A stretch of DNA of 63,990 nt, counting the filler, from Basidioascus undulatus (taxonomy: Eukaryota), in NCBI GenBank assembly GCA_000826855.1. It is 5 parts of 5 records of this genome, joined end to end, with 100 filler letters (N's around TTAATTAATTAA, not from the genome) between each part and the next. Parts side by side here need not be neighbours in the genome. Positions count along the whole stretch, not along the records: positions 17,499 to 46,665 come from JTLS01000136.1; positions 46,766 to 55,401 come from JTLS01001360.1; 3 more parts are not named here. One strand, given 5' to 3'. Both the position numbers and the translations under genes were made by a program. Every line of letters starts with the position of its first letter. Position 1 is the first letter of the stretch. The notes below the pieces were generated by a model. The model was not told the DNA's origin. It ran no database searches and saw only the letters and a program-made list of their open reading frames with translations. Positions 35,496-46,998 of the stretch are shown here, one piece after another.

Positions 35496-36984
35496 ATGAT
35501 TACTGTGTTCCTTCTCGGCGCTACTGGTTTCCTCGGAAGTGAGCTCTACCTTCAACATGTTGATATACAGTCGCAGCTTGGCTAAATGCGAGCCCCCGAC
35601 AGGTACCGTCCTGACCGACATCCTCTAAGAACGGGTACAGCACGACCGCCCTCGTGCGCCCCGGGCCAAAGGTCGACGCAGTGAAGAAGGCAGGCGCTAA
35701 AGTAGTCGAGGTGCGTCGCCCGCCCCTTCTCTCCCTGCGGCAAGCCAAATACTGACGTGAGGCGAAACAGGGCGACTTCTCCGCGCTCGACCTCATCCGT
35801 GTCTCGTCCGAGCACGATGTCGTATCATCAACGCCGGGACGACGGAGGAGCTCGACCTTACCAGGCTATCAACCGCGGCCTGGCAAAGGCTAAGAAGGCC
35901 GGGAAGAAGGGCGTGCTTTTGCACTTCTCTGGTAAGTTTTGAGAGCTACTAACTGCGACGTATATACAAGTCGCTGACAACAGGCATGCAACAGGTGTCC
36001 AGGTGATCGAGGGGAAGCTTACTGCGGACTATGAGGACATCAAAGAGTACAGCGTGAGCTCCTGAAGCCTGAGGTTAGCTGAAAAGAGGCTTATCGAGTT
36101 GCGGTACAAGACAACAAGCTGCCAGACATCGAGGGCATCTCGCCTGATGCTCTGCACCGTTCCCTCGATCTCGAGTGCGTGTTCCCTTAAAATTCCGGTT
36201 TTGCATCCACTGAAGCCCATTCCCTTTATAGGATCAAGCGCGCCGACACAGCTGGTGAAATCATTGCCTACAGTGCAGGCTGCGTCCATTCTGACACAGC
36301 AGTATCTTGTTCTCTAACAGTGTTTCCGCACAGTCATCTTGCAAAGGTACCGGACCCTCAAAGATCACCTCCGCTCAAATCCCCAATTTGATAAGAGATC
36401 GCGCTCGACAACCGGCAGGCGATCTACGCCGGCAAGGGCACCAACGTGTGGACTAAGTGCGTGCCTTTTCTCTTTTCATTTCCACTTCCTTCGCACGCCT
36501 TTAACTTGGTACTCATGAGTGACACCCTTCAACAGCGTAAACGTCCAAGACGTAGCCCATCTCGCCCTCCTGGCGCTCAAGGACGGTCTGAATGGAGACA
36601 AGCAGCCTGCCGGGTTCGAACGGTTCTTCTTGTCGGTCCTCTTCCGGCCTTCTCACCGCTCCCCATACTCACTCCTCTCCCCGTCAACACAGTGCCGTCT
36701 CCAGCTCCCACGCCTACGGCGACGTGGTGCGCCACCTCGGCAAGGTCCTGCACTCCAAGGGCCTCGTCGACACCCCCGAGCCGCTCAGCGTCCCGTCCGA
36801 CGACAAGCGCGCGCGGCTGCAGCCCAATAAGATTAACACCAAGGTCGTCACGGGCCGCGCGGTCCACCAGCTCGGGTGGAAGCCTAAGTACCGCCTGGAG
36901 GACAGGCTGGAGGAGGAGCTGGAGTGGACGGCGGAGCAGATTTTGCGGGAGCGGAAGAAGTATATGCGAACACAGGAGGCGTGA
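35496..36984 (+). pseudogene. NAD(P)-binding Rossmann-fold epimerase/dehydratase-like protein, multiply frameshifted
   Basis: MITVFLLGATGFLG (GxxGxxG), TALVR, AGKGTNVW..VNVQDVA, QLGWKPK. TAA at 35626-35628 arises from an apparent 1-nt insertion; further frame breaks at ~35825 and ~36397. Confidence 0.75.
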
Positions 36985-37103
36985 TTGATATTGAATGTGT
37001 TGTAAAGTTGCTCTTTGGATTGTCTGGTAGCCGAGCTCGATAGCAGAAGTACACCCCCAGAAAGCGCATGAAGATCCTCGAGTCAAGTAACGATCGCATT
37101 GGT

Positions 37104-38244
37104 TTACGCAAAATCCCACTGCTCCTCACGCGCCTTCGGTCCCGTATTGGTTCCTGCACCTTTGAGCCCCGCAGCGCCGAGGGCCTTCCCTCCCCTTCCC
37201 ACCTCCTCCCATATCACTCTGCCAGCGTCATACAGCCACTCGACCTGCCCATTCCCTTCCACCATAAGGCCCCTCCGCTCCCGTAGCCCATCCACCGCCC
37301 TCACAATCAGGTCCTCCTTCCACTCCTGAGGCAGCCTCGTCAACCCGCGCGCGTCTGGCATGGTAGGGCATACGACCGCCCCGCGCGCCATGAGGGGGAG
37401 GACGCGCGCGAGATGGGCGAGGACGATGAACGTCCCGGTGCGGCCGATGCCGGCGGAGCAGTGCACGAGGACCGGGGCCGAGCTGGGAGGCAGCAAGGAG
37501 AGGAGGTGCAGAAGCGGAAGCGGAGAGGGCGGCAGGGAGTGGTCCGGCCAGAGCGGATAGAAGTGATGCGTGACCGTCTTCGAGGCGTGGGAAGCGGAGG
37601 GGGTCGTCGGGGTGAGAAGGAGGACAGTGGAGACGATGCCGAGCGGTGAAGTGGTGCTGGACTGGTGGGTGACCGTGAGGGATGGAAGGCGCAGGGGAGC
37701 GGTGGGCGTGGGGAGGTAGGGATCGGCTTTGATGCGGTCGCGCTCGGTCCACTATGTCCCAGCGAAGCGGGTGGGGGATCACTACAAAGACAGGGGTGGG
37801 GGAGAGGAGAGATAGACGCACCCGCGTCAGCTGCACAATACTTGGAATTTCCTCCTCATACAGCAGTGTGTAAAACGCATCGAAGCTCTGGGGCAATGGC
37901 GCCTGCGCAGCAACCCACCGCCTCTCCGCCTGCCCGTCCCTCTCACCCTCCAGCACCTCCGGCACCCTCACCCAATTCGCGTTCAAGTAGCCCTGCCCTC
38001 TGCCCATACCCGCATGGCTGCGTGGTGTTGCGAGCGAATGATCCCACGGAATGATGTCCGCATAGCGATTCGCGGACCGGTGAGCGAGCGCCTGGCGCCA
38101 GCTGAAGGCGTTTGTGGTCGCGGGAGAAGAGAAGCGCGCCCGGTCGCGCGCGGTGAGCTCCGCGACCGCCCGACGTAGGTAGGTCGGTGACTGAAGAGAG
38201 GCGAGGAGGAAAGATGGGAGAGGAGGTGCGGCGTTGGCGGACAT
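37104..38244 (-). CDS. Classical protein tyrosine phosphatase (one intron)
   Basis: NRYADIIPWD, YLNANWV, WVAAQAPLP, WPDH and the P-loop VHCSAGIGRTGTFI, followed by LRERR..MV. Confidence 0.93.
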
Positions 38245-38748
38245 GCTGGTTGGGGTTGGGTTTGGAGGCTTGGGGCCAGCGGAGGAAGATCGGGTGTCAT
38301 GGGCGCAGGTCAAAAAAGGAGCAGGGTGAGCTCTGCAGACAGTAATCTTTGGAAAGGGATGACATACATCTTAACTTGATGGACGCTGCAGGAGCTTCCG
38401 GATCAAATTTGGCATCGGTGCGAGGAGAAGATGGTAGAGGTTGGACGGAAAGATACCACTGCTCCACGTCAGGAGCGCGGTCAGGAGCACTGCACTGCCA
38501 CCGTGCGGCTTTTGACTGCAGCCCTGCTGCTGGCTCCTTGCTCCCACCTTTATCACGCTATTTGTATCGACGTGGAGCGTAAAATCCACAATACACGTTA
38601 CATTGCGCCGTATTTCTCGAGTACGTCGACCGCGACCTGGAGCTTTCGCAGTGCAGCATGCTCATGCTCAAATTCTGCGCTGCTCACACATTCAAGTTCC
38701 ATCCCAATACCCCTTAACGCACCATAACAACATCACGTCCTTTCAATC

Positions 38749-39299
38749 ATGGTCCTGGACGATGTGAACGCCTCCGAAATCGCGCTCTTTGTCACCGCGG
38801 CTCCACCCCCGCCGCCCGACGTCCACGCCGACGTCCACGCCGACATCTGTGCCCGAGCCGTGCGCGGAGCCGAAACGGAGTACGCCAAGCTTACGCCGCT
38901 GGGCGTCGAGGACGGGGCCTTTGCTGGCTGGTCCCCTAGCGCTTGGGGGCGTACGTCAAGCGCGATTTCAACCGCGAGGAGAGTCCGTTCGCCGGCACAG
39001 CGTTCGCGGTCGCCGACGACACGAGCGTGCGCAACCACTCGGTCCTCATCGTCGCTATGGTGCCAAAGACAGTTCGGAAGAATCTTGGGGCCGGCGACGA
39101 CCCCGAGGACTTCAAGATCGAGTGCGCGTTCCGGGCGGATCCGGAGTACGCGGTCGACCTGCCGGCTCTGGCGGAGTTTTGGGGTCTGAAGGAGAGACCG
39201 GACATGGCTGAGAAGCAGGAAGGGATTTTGCGATGGAAGCCGGTAGAGGCTCCAGCTGAGCCGCCGGTGTTGGTGAGCAAGACGCTAGCTTGGTTTTGA
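38749..39299 (+). pseudogene. Hypothetical protein (possibly DUF6924-like), frame break near 38940
   Basis: ATG-led IALFVTA...GAFAGWSP continues in another frame as FAVADDTSVRNHSVLIV...FRADPEYA. Family call is tentative. Confidence 0.35.
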
Positions 39300-40099
39300 T
39301 GGGCCCTTGCTTTGCCAACGATGCTACAACCTCTGCACGCGTACGCTGCGTGATTGCCGCTGCAGTGCACGTAACCTCCTGAACAACTTGACAGAGAACC
39401 ATGTTTTTGGGGCAGAAATATATGCGCTAAATTCGATTTCTCTAAAACCGTCCCTCGTGAGCACCGCAAATCCTATTTTGTCTTACAGCAAGTCAACACA
39501 GGCGGGAAGACAGCTGATGCTGGCGGTAATATGTCGAGAAAGATAGTCAGCGAAGGGATGGAGTGGGTGTTCAAAAAGGATATACTTAATTTCGTAAACT
39601 ATCCTTGGGTGAAGGTCAGCCAGTTTCAGATAACTCACGTGTAGCAGCGTGCGGGGCGTAACATGCTTGGTCTTAAAGAATTCGACCGCGCTCTTAGCGT
39701 TTCGACTTCATCATATCCCTCTGGATGCATATTCAAAGTGTGCGGAGGCTGAATTTTAACTCACAACAATGCTCGTGGTCTTGAAAGCCAGTGGGCACGC
39801 GCAACGTTGCTATCCTGCAGGCCCACTCCATTGCACCGCGAGTCCAAGCAAGGGAACTAATACAGTGTATGTACTGCAACAAGCACCTCCCCATCCACAC
39901 GATCAAAAAGGAAGCGCTGCCCAAAGGGCAAAAGCTCCGGACCAACAGCATTAGACAGCTTCACCTCCTCCAGCCGCGCCAGCCGCCCGCCGAGCCATGG
40001 TCAGAGCCAAAAAGGAGTTGGGAAGGAACGTCGGATCGAGCGAGCAGGCGATCTCGTGAGCGTCAGAGTCCGTTCACAAGATCATGTAAGTGTCGAAAG

Positions 40100-41308
40100 C
40101 GATGCGAGGCCATCCACAAGTCGATGCTGTAACATGGATAGGGTAAGCCGAGCTCTCAAAAGTGTCAGTTGAGAGGAGAAAGACAACATACGTCATACCA
40201 TGGAAACTTCTCCGGCATATCGGGCCAAAGTACAAAGCTGAGCGTGCCCAATGCGGGTACGAGAGCCACGAGGATGCGACGTTCGATTACGTTGTTGGGG
40301 AAATCCAACTCGAGCAGACTTCTGGGCGCCGAGAGAGAGCGGAGAGCACTCTCGATGTCGTTTTCGTTCCAGCAGTGCTACAGCGACAGCTTTGTCAAGT
40401 GCGGCATGTTGCGAAGCGCCACCGAAGGCTTCACGCAGTCGGACCAGAAATCGAATGCTGTTACCCGCTGCTTGGTGTCAATGGGAAGGTCCCACCTGGG
40501 ACCCTTTGTCATACGGTGATTCCGATTGGAGAGCGCGAAAGTACGCAGGCGAGAGCATGAATCGAGCGCGGAAACGAGGGAGCGAACAGCGTCTGCGTCA
40601 CCTGCGAGGAAGCTCGAGTAGACCATGGCACAGTCGAGCTTGAGAATGCGAAGCAAGGCTGTGTTGGAAGCGTTAAACGAAACTGGGTCTTTTCCCAGCT
40701 GGAGCCAAAGGTCAGGCCGCGGATCCGCGCTTCGGAGGCCGCCTGTGTTGAGCGGAGGGGGATCAGCGTAGATGCTGAGGGTCTCCAGACCGGATTTCCA
40801 GGAGGGCATGATCGATGCGGAAGCCTTCGATGCCGATTTGGAGATGCGAAAGCGACAATACGGCACAGACGAGCCCGAAAGATGTGACAAGCCATGCAGC
40901 CTCGAAAGAGTGCAGATGCGTGAAGGCTGCGAGCAGCAGGAGCAGGAAAGTGGGAACGGTGTCGGAGGGCGCTTGGCAGCGCGGATAGGAAACACCGGGG
41001 ACGGCGAACACGTAGAGCCCTGCGCAACAAGCCATTTCAACTCTCAACCCGCTACGCAACGCGGCGGATCTCCGAAAGACTCGCCTCACGACCCCAGCGG
41101 CCCTCGGGCATTCATTCACCCATTTGACAAGCTTGACGCACTCTTTGACCGTACGAGGACTCTTCGCCTCCTCAAAAAGAAGTGGGAGCACGATGGTGCG
41201 AACGGACCAGCTGACGAGCGAGATTGTTTTGAGCGTCTCTCGGTCGCAGACGGCTTCGATAGCGAGGATGAGCTCGGGCGCGAGGGTGGCAAAAGGGCTT
41301 TGGGACAT
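40100..41308 (-). pseudogene. F-box-like protein, copy 2 (paralogue of 17499-18380), disrupted
   Basis: MSQSPFATLAPELILAIEAVCDRETLKTISLVSWSVRTIVLPLLFEE; LSHLQIGIEGF is shared with copy 1. Frameshift at ~40790 and in-frame stop at 40378. Confidence 0.65.
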
Positions 41309-41920
41309 GCTCCGGGGGTGTGAGACGGTTCTTGTACGATCGAAGTTGAGGCTGCTGCGGGGTTCGGGTGCGCCGGCGGTGGAGATGATGATGGTCAAGA
41401 GCGAAGGGCGGAAGAAAGACCGCGAGCCTGTTGCCCGTTGGGGCCCGCGACGTGGCAATGCCTGCTCGATTTCCCAGTATCATCCTCTCACAGCCACAGA
41501 TGCTCTATTTTACCGGAGCTCCATTAACACCGGAACTTCGATGGTCTCAGAGCGCTTCTGTCGACTGAATCGTAGAAGTGGCCAGCGCTTCCATGCCGCC
41601 ACAGCGCCATCGGCGTTCCTCAGTTCTGACTCTCGCGGCGTTACCGCATTTCATCCACTTGGGATAAACATCCCGTACGAATATTAAAATTCAAAGCTAA
41701 GAGAGCGGTGCGTGGGCTCCTGGAATTGCTACCCGCTCCTCCTGGCCAAGGCCAAGCGCGGCCGCGGGTGTCGTTTCATGCAGCAAGCTGTACGGACGGA
41801 GCTTGTTCAAAATTTTGAGCCCCCCATCTGAACCAGGAGAAGATGATTAAGGTCATACGGAAAAGTACCAATCTTCACACTGGGAGCAGCGTGGCACCGA
41901 GAGCGTCCTGCTGCCAATTG

Positions 41921-41954
41921 CTTTCAAAATGCCGCCAATTGCTTTCAAAATGCC
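41921..41954. repeat. Short tandem duplication (GCCAATTGCTTTCAAAATGCC x2, first unit starts ~41913)
   Basis: Direct 21-bp duplication visible in the sequence. Confidence 0.7.
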
Positions 41955-42299
41955 ATGTCCATCCACGTCGTTTATTTCTGGACTATGTAATGATTTCTAG
42001 TGGTATTATTGAGCCTTATTGCCTCAACCCTCTCAGCTTCGCAGCAAGCCGTAGGTAAAGCAGTAAACAAGATCTCTTCAGTGGGAATGCATCCCTGCCA
42101 CCGAACTCAGAACCTATTCACCCTCCTCTCCCCTCTTCTGGACATCAGTTTCCTTCCCATCATTTCCCCCTTCCAAGCGCGCCCACTCCACAGATCTCAA
42201 ACTCGGCAGCGCTCTCCGAAGGTCTTTCGTCCACGCCTCGAACGCCGGCTCGAACGGCGCGGCTGGCCATGGGAAGTTGGATAGCCATGTCAGCGACGC

Positions 42300-43288
42300 A
42301 GAGGAGAGGCTAGTGAGAGGGGCTAGAATGTCTTCGTAGTGTATCTGCGCAGGCGAGGGCTGTCAGTTCGAGAGTGTCAGCCGACTGCAGGCGGGAGGCG
42401 GGGAGGACATGCCAGCGTGTCGGGCGCGTAACAGGGTGCCGAAGCTTCCGCACCAGGAAGGATGGCACTCAAATCAAGGACCTCGAGGTTTAGGAACAGG
42501 TCGATCACCCGGTGCAGCGAGGCAGTGGACACCGGCCACGTCAGGCGGAGGCTGCGCAGCGTCCGAGGGCAGGGCTGCGCCCCCAGCGCGTCCAAGAGCG
42601 TCCCGGCGTCGACGTATCCGTCCACCCGCACATCCACCAAAAAGCCAAATTCCTGCAGTCTCGTCAAGCCCTTGGACGTCCCGGATCAGGCGCGACTCGC
42701 AGCAGCGTGAGCGAGCGCAGCGAGCCAAGGAAGGGCGCGCCGCGGAGGAAGGGCTGGGGCGTGCGGAGGCGTGCGGGGTGCGCGGGGTCGCGCGCTGCGA
42801 ATGTGAGGGATGAGAGGCGAGGGAGGAACAGGCGGTAAAGGTTGAAGGAGGGGTGGTGCGCTGCGCCGAGGGAGAAGAGGTACTCCACTGCGGAGGGCGC
42901 GAAGGGCAAGTGGATGGGAAGGCCCGCGCAGACGGCTATGCCGAGGAGCGTGTAGGGTAGTCTAAGTTGTAGCGTCCTAAGAAACCCCGCTGATAACTCA
43001 GCCAACTTTATGTTGATAGAAGGGTGGTAAGAGAGACGCTGCGCACTCAGTCAACTGCATCTCCTCCCTGCCTGATCATGGAGCATAGAGCGGTGCGCCC
43101 TCGGTAGGAAGTAGGAGCTGGATGATGGCGATGCGCAGCTCGGCGGGGAGGCGGAGGAACGGCGATGTGCAGCATTCAGACCCGGTGCTGGGGAACACAC
43201 CGGGAGATGCTTCGGTGGATGAGGGAATGAAGAGGGAGCCAAAAGGCTTCGATAAGGGTGTATAGTCGAGCAGCTCGGTCACGGACAT
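42300..43288 (-). pseudogene. F-box/LRR-like protein, disrupted
   Basis: SPFLRLPAELRIAIIQLLL (F-box) is followed by a stop at 43076; downstream LRR-like LRSLTL, LRSLRL and LNLEVLDLS lie in different frames. Confidence 0.55.
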
Positions 43289-45612
43289 CGGAGGCTGGCC
43301 CGCGCACAGCGTCCGGGCTCGGACGGAACGCTGGCCGACACGGCATTCAGTTGCGAAGTGTCACGGCCAGGCGTGGATCCCATTCAGTGTCGGCCGGTTG
43401 ATGAAGAAAGTCTTGCTCAACGAAAACGACAAATAGTTTTGCTTGTCTGCGCAGCCTTCCTCCTTCGTACGATCCGGGCTGGAAAACTGCACAACGCCTG
43501 CATTGCAACGACTCACAGAAGCACTCCGGCCCCGCTTTCTGCCCATGAGAAGCTTATCCAAATTGAAAAAAGGAATGAAACCCCACGGTAAGCGGGTGTT
43601 CGAAAAACGGAAATGTGACTACAGAAAGCAGTGCCGCCTGCCAGTCTTCTGCCACCCGGGAGGATGGAGTCCGGATACATGCACTCAACATACAACTGCT
43701 TCCCGTGGTACACTGCAGCCAGCCTGCGACTCACTTGGATGGATTACCAGCCAGTATGACCATCGCCCAGTTCGATCCCACCGTTGCATCTACTTTTGTC
43801 CGATCTCGAAAGTTCAAAGCCCCAACGTCGCACCGTCTGCCTCCCGTCGACGCCTTGCCTGTGCGGCAGAGCCTCGTTGGTCTTCGATCACGCCAAGCTA
43901 ACGCCGTATGCGAGCCGCATGAGGATACGTGAATTCCGTTGTGTTTCCTGCCGTACTGGGCGGCTGTCGAAGGGTTGGATCGAATAGGCGGGGTACTTAT
44001 GTGATGTGCCGCTTCCACGCAAAGCACAACGCACGCATTCAACTTCCAACCTCGATTGTTTTGCACCACCAACAAACACACGAGCAACACACACACTCCG
44101 CAAAGTTTCAATGGGGTAAAAATTGGATGAATTCACCGCCCCACCACCGACCCCACATCGTGAATCTACAACCCCAGCAACACACAGTCAGCCAGCCGCC
44201 CTTGGTCCATGAACCACAGCCGTGCGCGCAGCGTAGTCAGAAGCCGTTTTTATTCTCTCGCAACCGGTCCAAGCCCGTCAACACGACCGCCCATGGCGCG
44301 CAAGACGCGCGCCGGGGGCCGCGCGGGCGGGCGGCGTGCGGCGCGTCGTCGAATGGATAATCAACTGAGGGTGTCGTCCTTTGGCGCCTTGCGGGCTGGT
44401 GTCCAGATCGAATAGCGACTCACGAAGTGGAGGGGTGGTTGCGGAAAGGGGATGTGGGACTGTGAAGAGACTTTCGGACGGGCGAAAGTCAGTACGGTGG
44501 ATTGGGCAAGGTGGGATGGGGTTGGAGAGAGGGAGATGGAGAGCGCAGGAGGCATTCAGCGATGCGCACTGCATCGAATGTTGGGTTTTCCCCACGGGCG
44601 GTAAAACACCTGCCAGGCGGAAGAACGAAGGTATGAAGATGGGTCTTCATCTGCCTCGAGCGCGGGCGCGCATGTCCTTCTCCCTTCTCCCTCCTGCACC
44701 CAAAAAAAGTCTAACTCACAAAGTGCTGTGGGTCGCGCGGAAGATTGTATGCGTCTGTGTGGAAGGGGAGGCTTTGTAGCCGAGCGGCATGTCAGCTACT
44801 GTTCGCCAGACAAAATGAGCGTGCGTGTGCGTGAAGGGTTCAGATATGGTTTGGTAAGGTATATGGTTATCTTCAACGGGTAGTGCAGAAGCAGAACTGA
44901 ATATAGTGAATCATCCTTGAAAGGCGCGGCGGCGCATTCTCCCCTCTTACCAACGCAGAGCAAAAGCAGAACATGGACTCACGATCAGCAGGTAGGGGGG
45001 GCGTTCGAAGTCGGTCTTGGAACGCCAGAGATCTGCCCGGACCACCTTCGATGCAGGGTCAGTATGAATGCTTGACAGAGCGGGAGAACAGCCATCGTCG
45101 AGCGGAGGAGACGAGCGTCCGTTGGTGGTGCATAGGTGTGTAAGGCTCACGGAGTCGCCCACGGATTAGCAGCCCGAAAGGGAGGGCGTTTCTTCATCGC
45201 TCGTGGAAGGTGGCCGCCGACAATGGCTTCTGGCTTCTACCATACAAATCAAGAAAGCTCACCTGTTAGTGTGTTGATTGAGGAAGAGGGGAGATGGAGA
45301 AGTGAGGGTGTGAGGAGAGGCAAGAAAGAAGACGTTGAAATAAATACCTTTTGAGCGCGAGGCAAGCCGGCCCTGAAGGGGATTTCGCGAAAGGCCCCGC
45401 GGGTGGCACGCGGAGGGGGGCCGGACGGCGCTCGGTGAGGTGGCCGTCGCGCCTGCCCGCGCGCGCCTTTGGACGCTCGACTCGCATTACTCTGTTCACA
45501 GCCCAAAGTTCGTAGTCCGCGGCCTTTCATTGCAATCATCAACGCCGCCATCTCAGCGCACCACCGAAGGCGACTGACGCGCCCCCGCCCACGCTCTGCT
45601 CCCGCGCCCGCC

Positions 45613-46665
45613 ATGTCTACGGAGGCGCCGTGGATCGTGAACGTGCCCGAGTTTGTCGAGCTCGATATCGGCGAGAGCTTGACGTCGAGGACGGAGACTC
45701 TCTGTGAGTCGCTGGTGGGGATCAGGAGGTGCTGCCGGAGGAGCCGGAGGGCTGGCGAGCTGGGGTAATGGACGCGCATCTTGGAGGAGAGCGCAGTGCA
45801 GCGCAGTGACGGACATTCGATCTTTCCCCCAGGACGACGCACACTGACGCTTCCCCGTCCATCAATCCCCAGCCAGCTTCCGCGAGCTCGGCCCTCCCGA
45901 TCTCTGCCACATTGTCAAAACGCCCTCACGGCCCGGCACCGCACGGGATGTGCGTCTCCCCTTCCCTTCCCTCCCCCTTCCCCGCCGGAGCTTACCCTCC
46001 GTGCAGTCGGCCTCCTACCACTACGTTTCCGGCGTCGACGCATCCTCTTCCGCGTCCATCGCCATCTACCTCAACAGCCTAATTCAGAGCCTCGATGGCC
46101 CTAGCGGCTGGTTCTCGGGCGGGTCGGGGTGGAAGGTCCGGGGCGGGAGCTACTGGTGCGCTTCGCGTTCTGTCTCGCGTCTGAAGGGCAGGATGGTACT
46201 CATTTGGTGGGACGGTGGGGCCGCAGCTGCTTCAACGCGTTCTCTAGAGTAGACCTCCGCGTGGAGGTCAAGATCCCCGGCGGTGTCGAGGCTTACGTGG
46301 TGGACCTGCGGGGGGAGCGGTGCGTCCTTGCTGCCAGCCTCGCCCGTGGTCCTCTCCTCTGAAACTGAGTCTTCGGACCGATTGCACAGACATGAGCCGA
46401 CCCCCGAGATCTGGCTCGAGACGTACCTTTCCGCTCACCTCCGCGCTATCCTCTACTCGGACGACCCCAACTACCGTCTCGCGGGCTACCGAAAGCTCGA
46501 CCCGATGCCCAAGCCTGAGGATGAGGAGCGCTTCTTGCAAGCGTGCGAGGAGCTGTTCCCGAAGGGTGCGCTTTCCCTCTCCTCTCATCCCGCGCTCCTC
46601 TCCCCCTTTCTCCTCTCCCCCTTTCTCCTCTCCCCCTTTCTCCTCTCCCCCTTCCTCCATACGGC
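45613..46665 (+). CDS. ChAPs family (Chs5-Arf1-binding, Bud7/Bch1) exomer subunit, 5' part
   Basis: VPEFVELDIGESLTSRTETL/.FRELGPPDLCHIVK, SYHYVSGVDASSSAS, YCCFNAFSRVDLRVEVKIPGGVEAY, WLETYLSAHLRAILY. Cut by the gap. Confidence 0.92.
46596..46657. repeat. 15-bp pyrimidine minisatellite (~4 units) in an intron
   Basis: (TCCTCTCCCCCTTTC)n just before the assembly gap. Confidence 0.85.
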
Positions 46666-46765
46666 NNNNNNNNNNNNNNNNNNNNNNNNNNNNNNNNNNN
46701 NNNNNNNNNTTAATTAATTAANNNNNNNNNNNNNNNNNNNNNNNNNNNNNNNNNNNNNNNNNNNN
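46666..46765. other. Artificial contig spacer
   Basis: N44-TTAATTAATTAA-N44. Confidence 0.98.
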
Positions 46766-46998
46766 AGTTCGTCAGGATGCCGACGCCCGGCGCGAAGCCG
46801 CCGCGCAACAAACGGCTCGAGGGGTCGCTCAAGGCACAGGCCAGGGGCGAGGCGAGCATGATGGCCAGGACGAAGGCCAAGGCCGATAAGGAGGCCGAGA
46901 AGGTCAAGGTCAAGCCTGAGAAGGCCCTCAAGAAGGCCGGCAAGGAGGACGAGAGGGACTGGGCGAGGGAGTTCTTCTACTCGTTCGGGGCGTTCTGA
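46766..46998 (+). CDS. 3' end of an unidentified Lys-rich protein
   Basis: GC3-rich open frame ...KAKADKEAEKVKVKPEKALKKAGKEDERDWAREFFYSFGAF*, followed by a pyrimidine-rich 3' UTR-like region. Confidence 0.55.

Noticed and set aside
44293..44415. Pheromone precursor
   Set aside because: No CAAX terminus or repeated peptide units.
46766..46998. C-terminus of the ChAPs gene
   Set aside because: Separated by an artificial spacer, and the sequence does not resemble ChAPs C-termini.
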